A stretch of DNA of 32,000 nucleotides, taken from assembly GCA_000008085.1 (NCBI GenBank), contig AE017199.1:90001-122000 (forward strand), read 5' to 3'. The notes under the pieces were generated by a model. It ran no database searches, was not told where the DNA came from, and saw nothing but the letters and a program-made list of their open reading frames with translations. The stretch is from Nanoarchaeum equitans Kin4-M (GTDB lineage: Archaea > Nanobdellota > Nanobdellia > Nanobdellales > Nanoarchaeaceae). The translations under genes were made by a program, and so were the position numbers. Every line of letters starts with the position of its first letter. Position 1 is the first letter of the stretch. Shown piece after piece: positions 23,552 through 31,935 of this stretch.

Positions 23552-23571
23552 ATACAAGAACAAAAAAACAA

Positions 23572-23579
23572 TTTATAAA
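23572..23579 (-). promoter_or_regulatory. TATA box for the TGT gene (TTTATAAA palindrome)
   Basis: Its edge is 21 nt from ATG 23551. It sits 1 nt downstream of the D box of the upstream sRNA. Confidence 0.5.
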
Positions 23580-23580
23580 A

Positions 23581-23635
23581 TCAGCCCCTGCAAGTTCTTC
23601 ACTAATCTGTTCCGCCATCTCTCATCATTCAGAGC
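23581..23635 (-). ncRNA. Candidate C/D-box guide sRNA
   Basis: Minus strand reads GCTCTGA-ATGATGA(C, 23628-23622)-GAGATGGCGGAA-CAGA(D')-TTA-GTGAAGA(C')-ACTTGCAGGGG-CTGA(D, 23584-23581). Spacers are 12 and 11 nt with a 3-nt D'-C' loop. It lies in the 92-104 nt gap between the divergent TGT and fibrillarin genes, depending on which starts are used. Confidence 0.65.
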
Positions 23636-23655
23636 TATAAAATATTGATAGAAAA

Positions 23656-24354
23656 ATGCATATGCCTAAGAATATAAAGGTTAAACCCCACAAACTTGAA
23701 GGTGTATATATAGGAAATAACAAGTTTTTGTTAACGAAAAACTTAGTAAAAGGTCAAAAGGTTTATACTGAAAGAATATTCAAATCTAAAGGGGAAGAAT
23801 ATAGAGAATGGATTCCATTTAGATCTAAATTAGCATCAGCAATAAAGAAAGGGCTAAAAACTTGGCCTTTCAAAAAAGGAACTATCGTATTATATTTAGG
23901 AATAGCCTCCGGTACTACAGCTTCTCATATAAGCGATATAATTGGGGAAGAAGGAATAATATTTGGGGTAGAATTTGCTCCTAGAGTTTTAAGAGAACTA
24001 ATGTTTGTAGCTAAAAAAAGAAAAAACATAGTACCAATATTGGCGGATGCGAACCAACCAGAAACTTACCAACATATAGTAGTGCAAAGCGATGTTATCT
24101 ATCAAGATGTTGCTCAACCCCACCAAGTTGAGATATTTTTGAAAAATTTAAGATTTTTCGCTAAGCCAAACGCAATTGGATTTTTGGCGGTAAAAGCTAG
24201 ATCAATAGATGTAACCAAAGATCCAAAGGTTATATTTAGAGAGGTCGAAAGAAAATTAAGAGAGGCGAAATTACAATTATTAGAATCAATAAGGTTAGAC
24301 CCATATCATAAAGACCATATGATGTTTGTTGTAAAAGTTCCAAAAGCATGGTAG
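23656..24354 (+). CDS. flpA: Fibrillarin (C/D RNP 2'-O-methyltransferase)
   Basis: [16 protein letters not shown]-type motif ([16 protein letters not shown]), SAM motif [17 protein letters not shown], and [14 protein letters not shown] 23636-23643 favours the second ATG (23662, MPKNIK...) as the start. Confidence 0.93.
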
Positions 24355-25526
24355 GCGAATTATATCGATTTATTACAGATTTTGGTGTAATAGAGGGCTA
24401 CATAATAAAAGAAGAGCCCAATTATTATTTAATAAAGTTAAAAAACGGTTATAATATTGGAATAAAAAAATCCCAAATAAAAGAGATGGAAAATTTGAAT
24501 GAAAAAATAAAAGTTGGGCAATTCCCAAAAAGAAAACCCAAAGGAATAGGAAATCTTGGTTTCATTTATACTGGAGGTACTATAGGAAGTAAAGTCGACT
24601 ATTTAACTGGGGGGGTATCAGCTATAATGGATATAGAGGAACTATTAGCTATAGCTGATTTGCCTTACGATATAAAAATAATTGATTCCCCTTTTGTAAA
24701 GTTTTCCGAAGACCTAAATCCAAAGGATTGGGTAGAAATTGTAAAATCTATAGAAAGAACATACAAAAAAGGGGCTGAAGGTATTATAGTTGCGCATGGC
24801 ACAGATACAATGCATTTTTCTTCTGCTTATGCTTATTATGCTTTAGAAAACCCAATCCCTATAGCTTTTACCGGGGCACAGAGAAGCAGTGATAGAGCTT
24901 CAACCGATGCGGTAATAAATTTGTTTGCTTCTTCTATTTATGCCAATTCCAATATTGGAGAAGTAGCAATAGTGATGCATGAAACAATTAATGATGATAC
25001 AGCTATCGCCATTAGAGGTATATCTGCTAGAAAAATGCATTCCACAAGGAGAGACGCATTTAAATCGATAAACGAAGAGCCATTAGCTAGGATTTATTAT
25101 CCATCTGGTAAATTAGAGATAATAAACAAAAAATATAGGAAAAGAAGCGATAAAGAGATGGTTGCAAAACCATATTTAGATACTAAAGGTGCATTGATTT
25201 GGGTATACCCCGGTTTCGATCCTTCTATTTTAGAATACTATAGAAACTATAGAGGTATAATAATTGCTGGTACTGGGATGGGACACACATCCAAAGAGCT
25301 AATACCTATGTTAAAAGAGTTATCAAAAGATTTATTTATTGGAATAACAACCCAATGTATTTATGGTATAACCCACCCATATGTGTATTCTAGAGGAAGA
25401 GAGCTATCAAAATTTGCTACTTATTTACAAGGCACCCCAGAAAAGAATTATGTAAAACTATTGTATGTCTTGGGGAAAGAAAGCGATTTAGATGGCATAA
25501 AAAAAGAGATGAAAAGATTGCCTTGA
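24348..25526 (+). CDS. gatD: Glutamyl-tRNA(Gln) amidotransferase subunit D
   Basis: N-terminal GatD-specific barrel-like domain followed by an asparaginase domain ([22 protein letters not shown]). Length is 392 aa. Confidence 0.9.
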
Positions 25527-25906
25527 AATCCTATTTATTGTTAATTTATTTGCCTAGAGATACAGAAATAAAAACAAAAGCGAAAAAATTCTTTTTGAAA
25601 AAAGGCTATTATGTATATGTGGGCTCAATGAAAATTGGGATTAAAAGAGTTATTAGGCATTTTAAGAAAAACAAGAAAAAACATTGGCATATCGATTTTC
25701 TCTTAGAAAAAGCCCAACCAATATTTGCTATTCTTTTGGATTTAGAAGAAAAAGAGTTATCAAAACTAATGGAAAATTATGGTAAACCTATAGAAGGATT
25801 CGGTAATACCGATTTAGATACCAAATCAAATTTGTTTTTCCTTCCTTCTAACGAGATAGCCCTCGATAAACAAAGCATCTATATTACAATCGATAAAATC
25901 GGTTAA
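25523..25906 (+). CDS. DUF123 / GIY-YIG (Uri-superfamily) endonuclease-like protein
   Basis: GYYVYVGSMKIGIKRVIRHFKK..KKHWHIDFLL and GFGNTDLDTKSNLFF match the DUF123 pattern. The start is a TTG overlapping the gatD stop codon. The 3' end overlaps the next gene by 81 nt. Confidence 0.65.
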   Translation: MKSYLLLIYLPRDTEIKTKAKKFFLKKGYYVYVGSMKIGIKRVIRHFKKNKKKHWHIDFLLEKAQPIFAILLDLEEKELSKLMENYGKPIEGFGNTDLDTKSNLFFLPSNEIALDKQSIYITIDKIG

Positions 25907-27727
25907 TGCATCTTCAGGGGTTCTTACTATGGTTCTCCCATGCAAATTGAAAGAAGTATTTACTACTACTCCAAACCCTGTTAATTCTTTTAGCTTCTTT
26001 AACAATCTATAGTAATTAGGGTTATCTTTTTCCTCGACAAATTGGGGCCTCGCTGTTCCATCGACATGCCTAGCAGAGGGTAGTTTGTCCCAATATTCTT
26101 TTTTCAACCTAAAAGCTATTGCCATATGTTTATGTTTGTAGGATTTTTCAAATAATCTCTCTCTTTCTTCCTCTAAAACAGATGGACAGAAAGGTTGGAA
26201 CCAAGGTCTTCTTTTTACTTTTAAATTTAGCTTATCCCTAGATTTGGGATCTCTTGGATCGGCTAATATACTTCTATTACCTAAAGCCCTTGGCCCAAAT
26301 TCCATTCTTCCTTGGAATATAGCGACTATTAACCCTTTAGCAACCATTTCTGCAGCTAATTCTGGCCATTTATCTCCAATATATTCGTACTCTATTTTGT
26401 CAGCCCATCTCTTTAATGCTTTTTCTACATCTTCTTTTGAATAACTTGGGCCCCAATAAGGCATTTCATAATCTTTTAACCAACTTATATCATAGCCTAA
26501 CTCTATAGCTTTTAATACCGCTGCTCCAGCAGAAGTGCCATCATCAGCCATTGCTGGGAATATATATAATTCCTCAAAGGGAGTTCTTTCGAATATATTC
26601 AAATTCATAATTACATTAGCTACTACTCCTCCAGCCATTGCTAGTCTCGGTATTTTATATTTCTCATATACCAAATTTAAATAATTCACTACGGTATCTT
26701 CTAGCCATCTTTGTATTGTAGCAGCGAAATTCTCATCACCAATTCTTTCTTTCCATTTTTTTAGTAAATCGACTCTTTTTATTGTAAAATACTTTTTAAC
26801 AATTTCTTTATTTATTTCCCACCTTAATTTGTCTTTATTTATTGGGAACGCTTTATTTAATAGACCATACAACTCTTTGTCTGGTTTACCATATGCTGCT
26901 AATGCTTCTGTTTTGCCTTCGTCAGAACCTGGGGTAAACCCTAATACATAGGTAAACAAGCTATACACATTTCCAATGCTTACAGTATTGAAATAGGAAA
27001 ATTGGTGATCTTTGCTACTTTTATATATGGACAAAAATCTTTTACCCATAATCCATGCTGGACTATTGTGCAGTAACTTCCTTTCTTTTCCATTAAAATA
27101 CCATACTGTGCTAAAATTACCATCCCCATACCCATCTAAAGTAAATACTATTGCTTCTTTACCATTAAAGGGACTAAAATAATATGCAGAAGCTGCATGT
27201 GATAGGTGGTGGTCGTAAAATTCTATTTTTGCATTAATCGAATATCGCTTAAAGAAATCATTTATCGCTTTCAAAGTTAATTTTCTGTCAATAAATTTTG
27301 GTAGTGGTATAGTATTGGTTAAAACCAATAATATAGATTCCTTTAATAATTTAGAAAACTTGCCCTTTTTTAGAGCATCTTTAAATATTTCGGTTTTCTT
27401 CTTGTCCATTATTTTTTTCCAGTCTTTTATGTATTTTGGCTTGTACATTTCTCTTAGGATTTCAGCTATTCTAATCCTTACTATTCTATGATAATTGTTA
27501 AGAAAACCCGGAAATCCCATATACCAATCCATGAGGGGAATACCTATATGCTTTATGTCTCTTCTAGTTTCTAAATTTAGTTCTTTTAGTATCGGACCAA
27601 TATGAAAAGGATCGTGTTTAATTCTAGTATATCTCTCTGTTGAGGCCGCGAATATCTCTTGGTTTTCAGGGTCTAACAAAAAGACAGAGCTATCATGGCC
27701 AACCCATTTTGTTCCTAGTATTTTCAT
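25826..27727 (-). CDS. NodU/CmcH/TobZ-family carbamoyltransferase
   Basis: MKILGT..GHDSS..L N-terminus (ASKHA/Kae1-like fold), MAGGVVANVIMN, GPRALGNRSILADPR and VNTSFNLHG are family signatures. Length is 633 aa. Confidence 0.85.
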   Translation of the reverse strand: MKILGTKWVGHDSSVFLLDPENQEIFAASTERYTRIKHDPFHIGPILKELNLETRRDIKHIGIPLMDWYMGFPGFLNNYHRIVRIRIAEILREMYKPKYIKDWKKIMDKKKTEIFKDALKKGKFSKLLKESILLVLTNTIPLPKFIDRKLTLKAINDFFKRYSINAKIEFYDHHLSHAASAYYFSPFNGKEAIVFTLDGYGDGNFSTVWYFNGKERKLLHNSPAWIMGKRFLSIYKSSKDHQFSYFNTVSIGNVYSLFTYVLGFTPGSDEGKTEALAAYGKPDKELYGLLNKAFPINKDKLRWEINKEIVKKYFTIKRVDLLKKWKERIGDENFAATIQRWLEDTVVNYLNLVYEKYKIPRLAMAGGVVANVIMNLNIFERTPFEELYIFPAMADDGTSAGAAVLKAIELGYDISWLKDYEMPYWGPSYSKEDVEKALKRWADKIEYEYIGDKWPELAAEMVAKGLIVAIFQGRMEFGPRALGNRSILADPRDPKSRDKLNLKVKRRPWFQPFCPSVLEEERERLFEKSYKHKHMAIAFRLKKEYWDKLPSARHVDGTARPQFVEEKDNPNYYRLLKKLKELTGFGVVVNTSFNLHGRTIVRTPEDALTDFIDCNIDALFIEGYLVRRKEKQI

Positions 27728-27757
27728 TCTATTGGCAATATTTAATATTTAAACTTG

Positions 27758-28801
27758 TTAATAAATAATTAAAGGGATCTTTCTTTCTATATTGCTCGCC
27801 CCGCCATGGTCTCCTAAAAAGTTATATCCCCTATCAATAAAGCCATTGTCTTTAAATTGTATAAAAATACTATCTATTAGATGTTTTACTCTATCGGAAT
27901 AAGAGCCTAGCAATCTCTTTATCGCTTTCTTATTGAGTTGTTCAATTACGATGTCCAATTCTAATTCATTTTTTAGCTTTTCAAATATCTCATATATTGT
28001 ATTGGGGTCCTCTTTAGGTTTTACGAATAGGTTTCTCTGTTCTCCAGCAACAAATTCTATATCTAATTCTTTGAATACCTCTATAGGAATTCTTTTCTTT
28101 GTATCTAATTCTATAAAACCATGGTCTGCTGTAACAATTAAATTATATTTGAACTTCTTTAATCTGTTAATAAAATATTTCAAAAACTTAATTTCTTCTA
28201 TTGATTGTTTGGAATTTGGGCCATATAAATGGTTTAAACTATCTAGCTTAGGATAATATATAAAAATGAATTTTTTGCCCTTTTTTCTTGTTATTTTTCT
28301 TATGCTTACTATTACTTCGGACAAACTTAAATAGCCAACCCTCTGTGCGCCATAGTAAACATATTGGGAATATAAACTATTAGAATATTCTTTAGGAATG
28401 AATACATAGCTTTCTGCATCGATTTTTTGGTATATTGTTTCAAACCCTTCAAGAATTAAATGTTTCTTTGTATTTATTGGACCTAAACTAGAAACATAAG
28501 CTACAGGAGCAATAACCTCTTTGAAAATCTCTGAATAGGAATACCAAGCGTAGATCCCATGGTCGCCAGGATATTTAATAAGGTTTAAACTAGTTATTAC
28601 CGGAGCAGTAGATGGTATGTTTAATGTTTCTATAGTTTGGAAATCTTTTTTAATCTTTTTTGCTTGTTCTATGGATAGACCATCAACCAAAAACAAAATA
28701 ACATCTTTATCTAAATCTAATTCGGTTTTTCCTTTATTATAATAAGATAAAATGTTTTGTGCTAAATCGATTATGTTCATTCTATAACATCGATAATTCA
28801 T
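27758..28801 (-). CDS. Alkaline-phosphatase-superfamily phosphodiesterase / nucleotide pyrophosphatase-like protein
   Basis: VILFLVDGL, PSTAPVITSL..YPGDHGI, LDSLNHLYGP, VTADHGF and GDHGG are the metal-ligand motifs of the type I phosphodiesterase/NPP family. The ATG lies 9 nt after tRNA-Thr. Confidence 0.7.
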   Translation of the reverse strand: MNYRCYRMNIIDLAQNILSYYNKGKTELDLDKDVILFLVDGLSIEQAKKIKKDFQTIETLNIPSTAPVITSLNLIKYPGDHGIYAWYSYSEIFKEVIAPVAYVSSLGPINTKKHLILEGFETIYQKIDAESYVFIPKEYSNSLYSQYVYYGAQRVGYLSLSEVIVSIRKITRKKGKKFIFIYYPKLDSLNHLYGPNSKQSIEEIKFLKYFINRLKKFKYNLIVTADHGFIELDTKKRIPIEVFKELDIEFVAGEQRNLFVKPKEDPNTIYEIFEKLKNELELDIVIEQLNKKAIKRLLGSYSDRVKHLIDSIFIQFKDNGFIDRGYNFLGDHGGASNIERKIPLIIY

Positions 28802-28810
28802 TTAAGGGTA

Positions 28811-28882
28811 AGCCCCGGGCGGGATTCGAACCCGCGACCTGCGGCTTACAAGGCCGCCGCTCTGCCGCTGAGCTACCGGGGC
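28811..28882 (-). tRNA. tRNA-Thr (UGU)
   Basis: Manual fold on the - strand: acceptor GCCCCGG/CCGGGGC, D arm GCTC-AGCGGCA-GAGC, anticodon arm GCGGC-CTTGTAA-GCCGC, variable loop AGGTC, T arm GCGGG-TTCGAAT-CCCGC, discriminator U. Length is 72 nt with no CCA. Confidence 0.93.
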
Positions 28883-28899
28883 CGATAGAATAATAGTTA

Positions 28900-28913
28900 A
28901 CATTTATAAATGT
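28900..28913. promoter_or_regulatory. 14-bp palindrome ACATTTATAAATGT containing a bidirectional TATA box
   Basis: Perfect palindrome. The TTTATAAA core (28903-28910) is 21 nt from tRNA-Thr +1 (28882, - strand) and 24 nt from the aIF-1A GTG (28934, + strand). Confidence 0.55.
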
Positions 28914-28933
28914 TTAATCTCTATTCTACGTAA

Positions 28934-29263
28934 GTGAAATTGAAAATCGTGACTGTAAAAATTGGAGACGAAAGAGTAGAATTAGCGATCCCAGAAGAAG
29001 ACGAAGTTATAGGTATTGTAGAGCAAGCATTGGGATGGGCCCACTATAGAGTTAAATGCTTCGATGGGGTAGAAAGAATATGCAGAGTACCAAGACCAAG
29101 AAGATGGACTAAAGATAAATTTAGATTCAATGTTGCAGAAGGAAATTACGTTTTAGTAAAACCATGGCCCAATAGTAAAGACAAAGGCGACATAATTTAT
29201 AAATATGACCGCAAACAAGTGGAAGCACTTAAAAAATTGGGTTATTTAGAGGAAGAATTTTGA
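28934..29263 (+). CDS. eif1a: Translation initiation factor aIF-1A
   Basis: EVIGIVEQALGWAHYRVKCFDG...VLVKPW...KGDIIYKY...QVEALKKLGYL matches the aIF-1A/eIF-1A OB-fold consensus. GTG start. Confidence 0.88.
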   Translation: MKLKIVTVKIGDERVELAIPEEDEVIGIVEQALGWAHYRVKCFDGVERICRVPRPRRWTKDKFRFNVAEGNYVLVKPWPNSKDKGDIIYKYDRKQVEALKKLGYLEEEF

Positions 29264-30135
29264 AATATCGAATATATTAAGAATTTTAATTGCTCATCTT
29301 CGGGTAAATCCCTAAATAAGAATCCCCTAATGTATATATTTTTAGCGGTTTCCTCATCTATGCCCTTGGACATTAAATACAATAACGCCTGTTCGTTTAT
29401 TTTTCCTACAGATGCTTCATGGTAGTATTCGCCTTCTTTCACAGTATTCAATGCCGGCATAGTGTATATTTTGCCTTTCCCTAATATTATGCCATCGCAA
29501 GAGCTATAGCCTTTGCCTGTCCCACTAATTAAAGTTTTGTTTATTACTTTCCCATCATAGGTTACAACCCTAGATTTTAATATAGCTACCGAATCCTTTA
29601 TATAGGCCTTACTATCTGTTTTTAATAAACCCTCTTTTTGTTTGTAAATAACATACTCTCCTATATTAGATTGAATTCCATAGAATTTGTTTATATTTAT
29701 ACTATTCCCGCTAGAATCATTGCTTATCAAATAGTTGTTTAGAATACCTTTCTTTACATAATACCTATTCAAAGAAACTATCGTGGATTTGCTATCTATT
29801 TTATGGATTTTTGCACTTTCTAGATGGCCTTTAACAATGGCAATGGTTTTACCCAAATGGTACCCTTCGTTTAGAGAAGTACAATAGGTATAAATTTTAG
29901 CAAATGCCCCCTCTTTTACTATAACTTTATTCAAAACTTTTTGATTTTCGCCTGTGGAAACATATACTAAGCTTATTGGCACATTTATTTTAGTATTTTT
30001 AGGGATTATTATCTTATAGCCTTCGTAACCAGTTTTGTTTAATGGCTTTACTTCTATTCCTAAGTTTTCTAGCATTTCTATGTATTTATCTATAGCCAAT
30101 TTCGCAACCCTCATAACACTGTTATATATGGGCAT
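29242..30135 (-). CDS. SufB/SufD-family Fe-S cluster assembly protein
   Basis: The C-terminal signature HEASVGKINEQALLYLMSKGIDEETAKNIYIRGFL is typical of SufB/SufD. A beta-helix-like repetitive middle region precedes it. Length is 297 aa. The start may be M1 (30135) or M8 (30114). Confidence 0.7.
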   Translation of the reverse strand: MPIYNSVMRVAKLAIDKYIEMLENLGIEVKPLNKTGYEGYKIIIPKNTKINVPISLVYVSTGENQKVLNKVIVKEGAFAKIYTYCTSLNEGYHLGKTIAIVKGHLESAKIHKIDSKSTIVSLNRYYVKKGILNNYLISNDSSGNSININKFYGIQSNIGEYVIYKQKEGLLKTDSKAYIKDSVAILKSRVVTYDGKVINKTLISGTGKGYSSCDGIILGKGKIYTMPALNTVKEGEYYHEASVGKINEQALLYLMSKGIDEETAKNIYIRGFLFRDLPEDEQLKFLIYSIFQNSSSK

Positions 30136-30141
30136 TTAAAT
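30134..30141 (+). promoter_or_regulatory. TATA box for the translin-like gene (ATTTAAAT)
   Basis: Ends 20 nt before the ATG at 30161. It overlaps the start codon (30133-30135) of the divergent SufB/D gene. Confidence 0.45.
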
Positions 30142-30160
30142 AATTTATAATAGTAACCGC

Positions 30161-30718
30161 ATGTTACCCAATTTGGATAACCTAAAGGAAGAATATCAAA
30201 AATTGGAAGAAAAGAAACAAGAAATTGTTGACCGTAGTATTAGAATGTCTAAGCTATCGAAATCTCTTATTTATTCTATGATTAGAGAAGATTACAAAAG
30301 TGCCGACAAATATAAAGAAGAGCTAACTAATTTGGCAAAAACCCAAATTGAAGAGTTAAAAAAGTATCCAATGTTTTATTCTAACGGTTTTATAGGCTTA
30401 CAAGAATATGTAGAAGCGCTGGCCTTATATTATTACATAAAAGAAAATAGAATCCCATCAAAAGAAGAGCTTGGAGTAGACACATGGGTTTATTTATTCG
30501 GTATCGGCGATATAGCTGGGGAAATATTGAGAAAAAGCAGCGAAGAACTAATTAAAGGCAATATCGAATATGCTAAAAAGGCTAAACAAGATTTAGAAAG
30601 CTTATATTTGGATTTGCTTTATATAGAGTTAAAGAATTTCGATTTGAGAAGGAAATTAGATTATGTAAGCAATATAATAAACAAGCTAATAGAGTTCATT
30701 ATATGGAAATCCAAATAG
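30161..30718 (+). CDS. Translin-family protein (predicted RNA/DNA-binding)
   Basis: All-helical 185-aa protein. QEYVEALALYYYIKENRIPSKEELGV..YLFGIGDIAGEILR matches the translin-family core (…Y.eA…G..D..GEl.R). Confidence 0.55.
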   Translation: MLPNLDNLKEEYQKLEEKKQEIVDRSIRMSKLSKSLIYSMIREDYKSADKYKEELTNLAKTQIEELKKYPMFYSNGFIGLQEYVEALALYYYIKENRIPSKEELGVDTWVYLFGIGDIAGEILRKSSEELIKGNIEYAKKAKQDLESLYLDLLYIELKNFDLRRKLDYVSNIINKLIEFIIWKSK

Positions 30719-30790
<72 letters not shown>

Positions 30791-30810
30791 AGAGGTTGTA
30801 ATGTATGGAC

Positions 30811-30818
30811 TTTAAAAA
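30811..30818 (-). promoter_or_regulatory. TATA box for tRNA-Ala
   Basis: tttaaaaa on the + strand (TTTTTAAA on the - strand). Its edge is 21 nt from tRNA +1 (30790). Confidence 0.55.
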
Positions 30819-30840
30819 ATTTTGAGAGGTTATAAATATT

Positions 30841-30848
30841 TTTAATAT
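30841..30848 (+). promoter_or_regulatory. TATA box for ftsZ (TTTAATAT)
   Basis: Ends 20 nt before the ATG at 30868. A second A/T box at 30830-30837 is at the wrong distance (31 nt). Confidence 0.4.
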
Positions 30849-30867
30849 TTAAATACAAATTTCAACC

Positions 30868-31935
30868 ATGGAAGAGTTTATCCGAGCTGCACAGGAAAGA
30901 GCAAAGATGGATGAAAAACAACAAATAGATGAATATCTTAATAGAATAAAGAAAAAAATTAAAGTTATTGGTGTCGGGGGTGCTGGATGCAATACTATTA
31001 ATAGGTTATATGAATTAGGCTTACAAGATGTTGAACTAATTGCAGTTAATGCAGATGTAAAAGATTTGGCTAAAATAAAAGCTCATAAAAAAGTATTAAT
31101 AGGAGAAGAAGTTACTCGTGGTTTGGGTACAGGAAGAGACCCCGAATTAGGAGAACAAGCTGCAAGGGAAAGTGAGAAAGTAATAAAAGAGCTATTGCAA
31201 GGAACAGATATGGTTTTTATTACTTTTGGCCTTGGTGGGGGCACAGGAACTGGGGCTGGCCCAGTTATTGCTGATATAGCCAAACAAATGGGTATACTAA
31301 CAGTAGCCGTAGTGAGTTGGCCCTTTTCTAGTGAGGGTAATTTAACATTAAGAAACGCCCAATGGGGATTAGCAAGATTAGAAGAAACTACCGATACACA
31401 TATAGTTATACCAAACGATAAATTATTAGAAATAGCGCCTAATTTACCAATTGCTGTAGCATTTAAATTAAGCGATGAAGTTTTAGCTAACACTATTAAA
31501 AAAACCACAGAGTTAATATTAAAACCTGGCCAAGTCACAAGAGATTTCGCAGATTTGAAAGTAATATTAGAGAATGGCGGTTTAGGTATGGTTGGCTTTG
31601 GAGAATCCGATTCGGAAAACAAAGCATTAGAAGCTATTGAGAGAGCAATAAACAATCCATTATTGGATACAGATGTTAGTGGGGCGAAAAGGGCTTTGTT
31701 GCACATAGTTGCAGGCCCCGACTTTAAAACAGAGGAATTAAACAAAATATTAGAATATGTTAGCAATAAACTAGACCCAGAAGCGAAATTATTATGGGGT
31801 CTATGGATTGAAGAGGAAAAGAAAGGCAAAGTCGAAATAATGATTTTAGTAACAGAGCTAAAGAATGTACCCGATTATCTAAAAATAAGCGAAAAAAGAA
31901 AGAAGAAAGATGAATTAGGAATAGATGTTATCTAA
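30868..31935 (+). CDS. ftsZ: Cell division GTPase FtsZ
   Basis: IKVIGVGGAGCNTINR, the tubulin signature GLGGGTGTGAGPVIA, VVSWPFSSEG and NDKLL. Length is 355 aa. Confidence 0.95.
   Translation: MEEFIRAAQERAKMDEKQQIDEYLNRIKKKIKVIGVGGAGCNTINRLYELGLQDVELIAVNADVKDLAKIKAHKKVLIGEEVTRGLGTGRDPELGEQAARESEKVIKELLQGTDMVFITFGLGGGTGTGAGPVIADIAKQMGILTVAVVSWPFSSEGNLTLRNAQWGLARLEETTDTHIVIPNDKLLEIAPNLPIAVAFKLSDEVLANTIKKTTELILKPGQVTRDFADLKVILENGGLGMVGFGESDSENKALEAIERAINNPLLDTDVSGAKRALLHIVAGPDFKTEELNKILEYVSNKLDPEAKLLWGLWIEEEKKGKVEIMILVTELKNVPDYLKISEKRKKKDELGIDVI

Noticed and set aside
24991-25040. Perfect C-box-like AATGATGA inside gatD, and similar TGATGA motifs at about 2256, 3541 and 17729
   Set aside because: No CTGA D box at the required distance of about 38 nt and no internal D'/C' pair. 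All lie in the sense strand of well-supported coding regions. TGATGA is expected by chance in AT-rich DNA.
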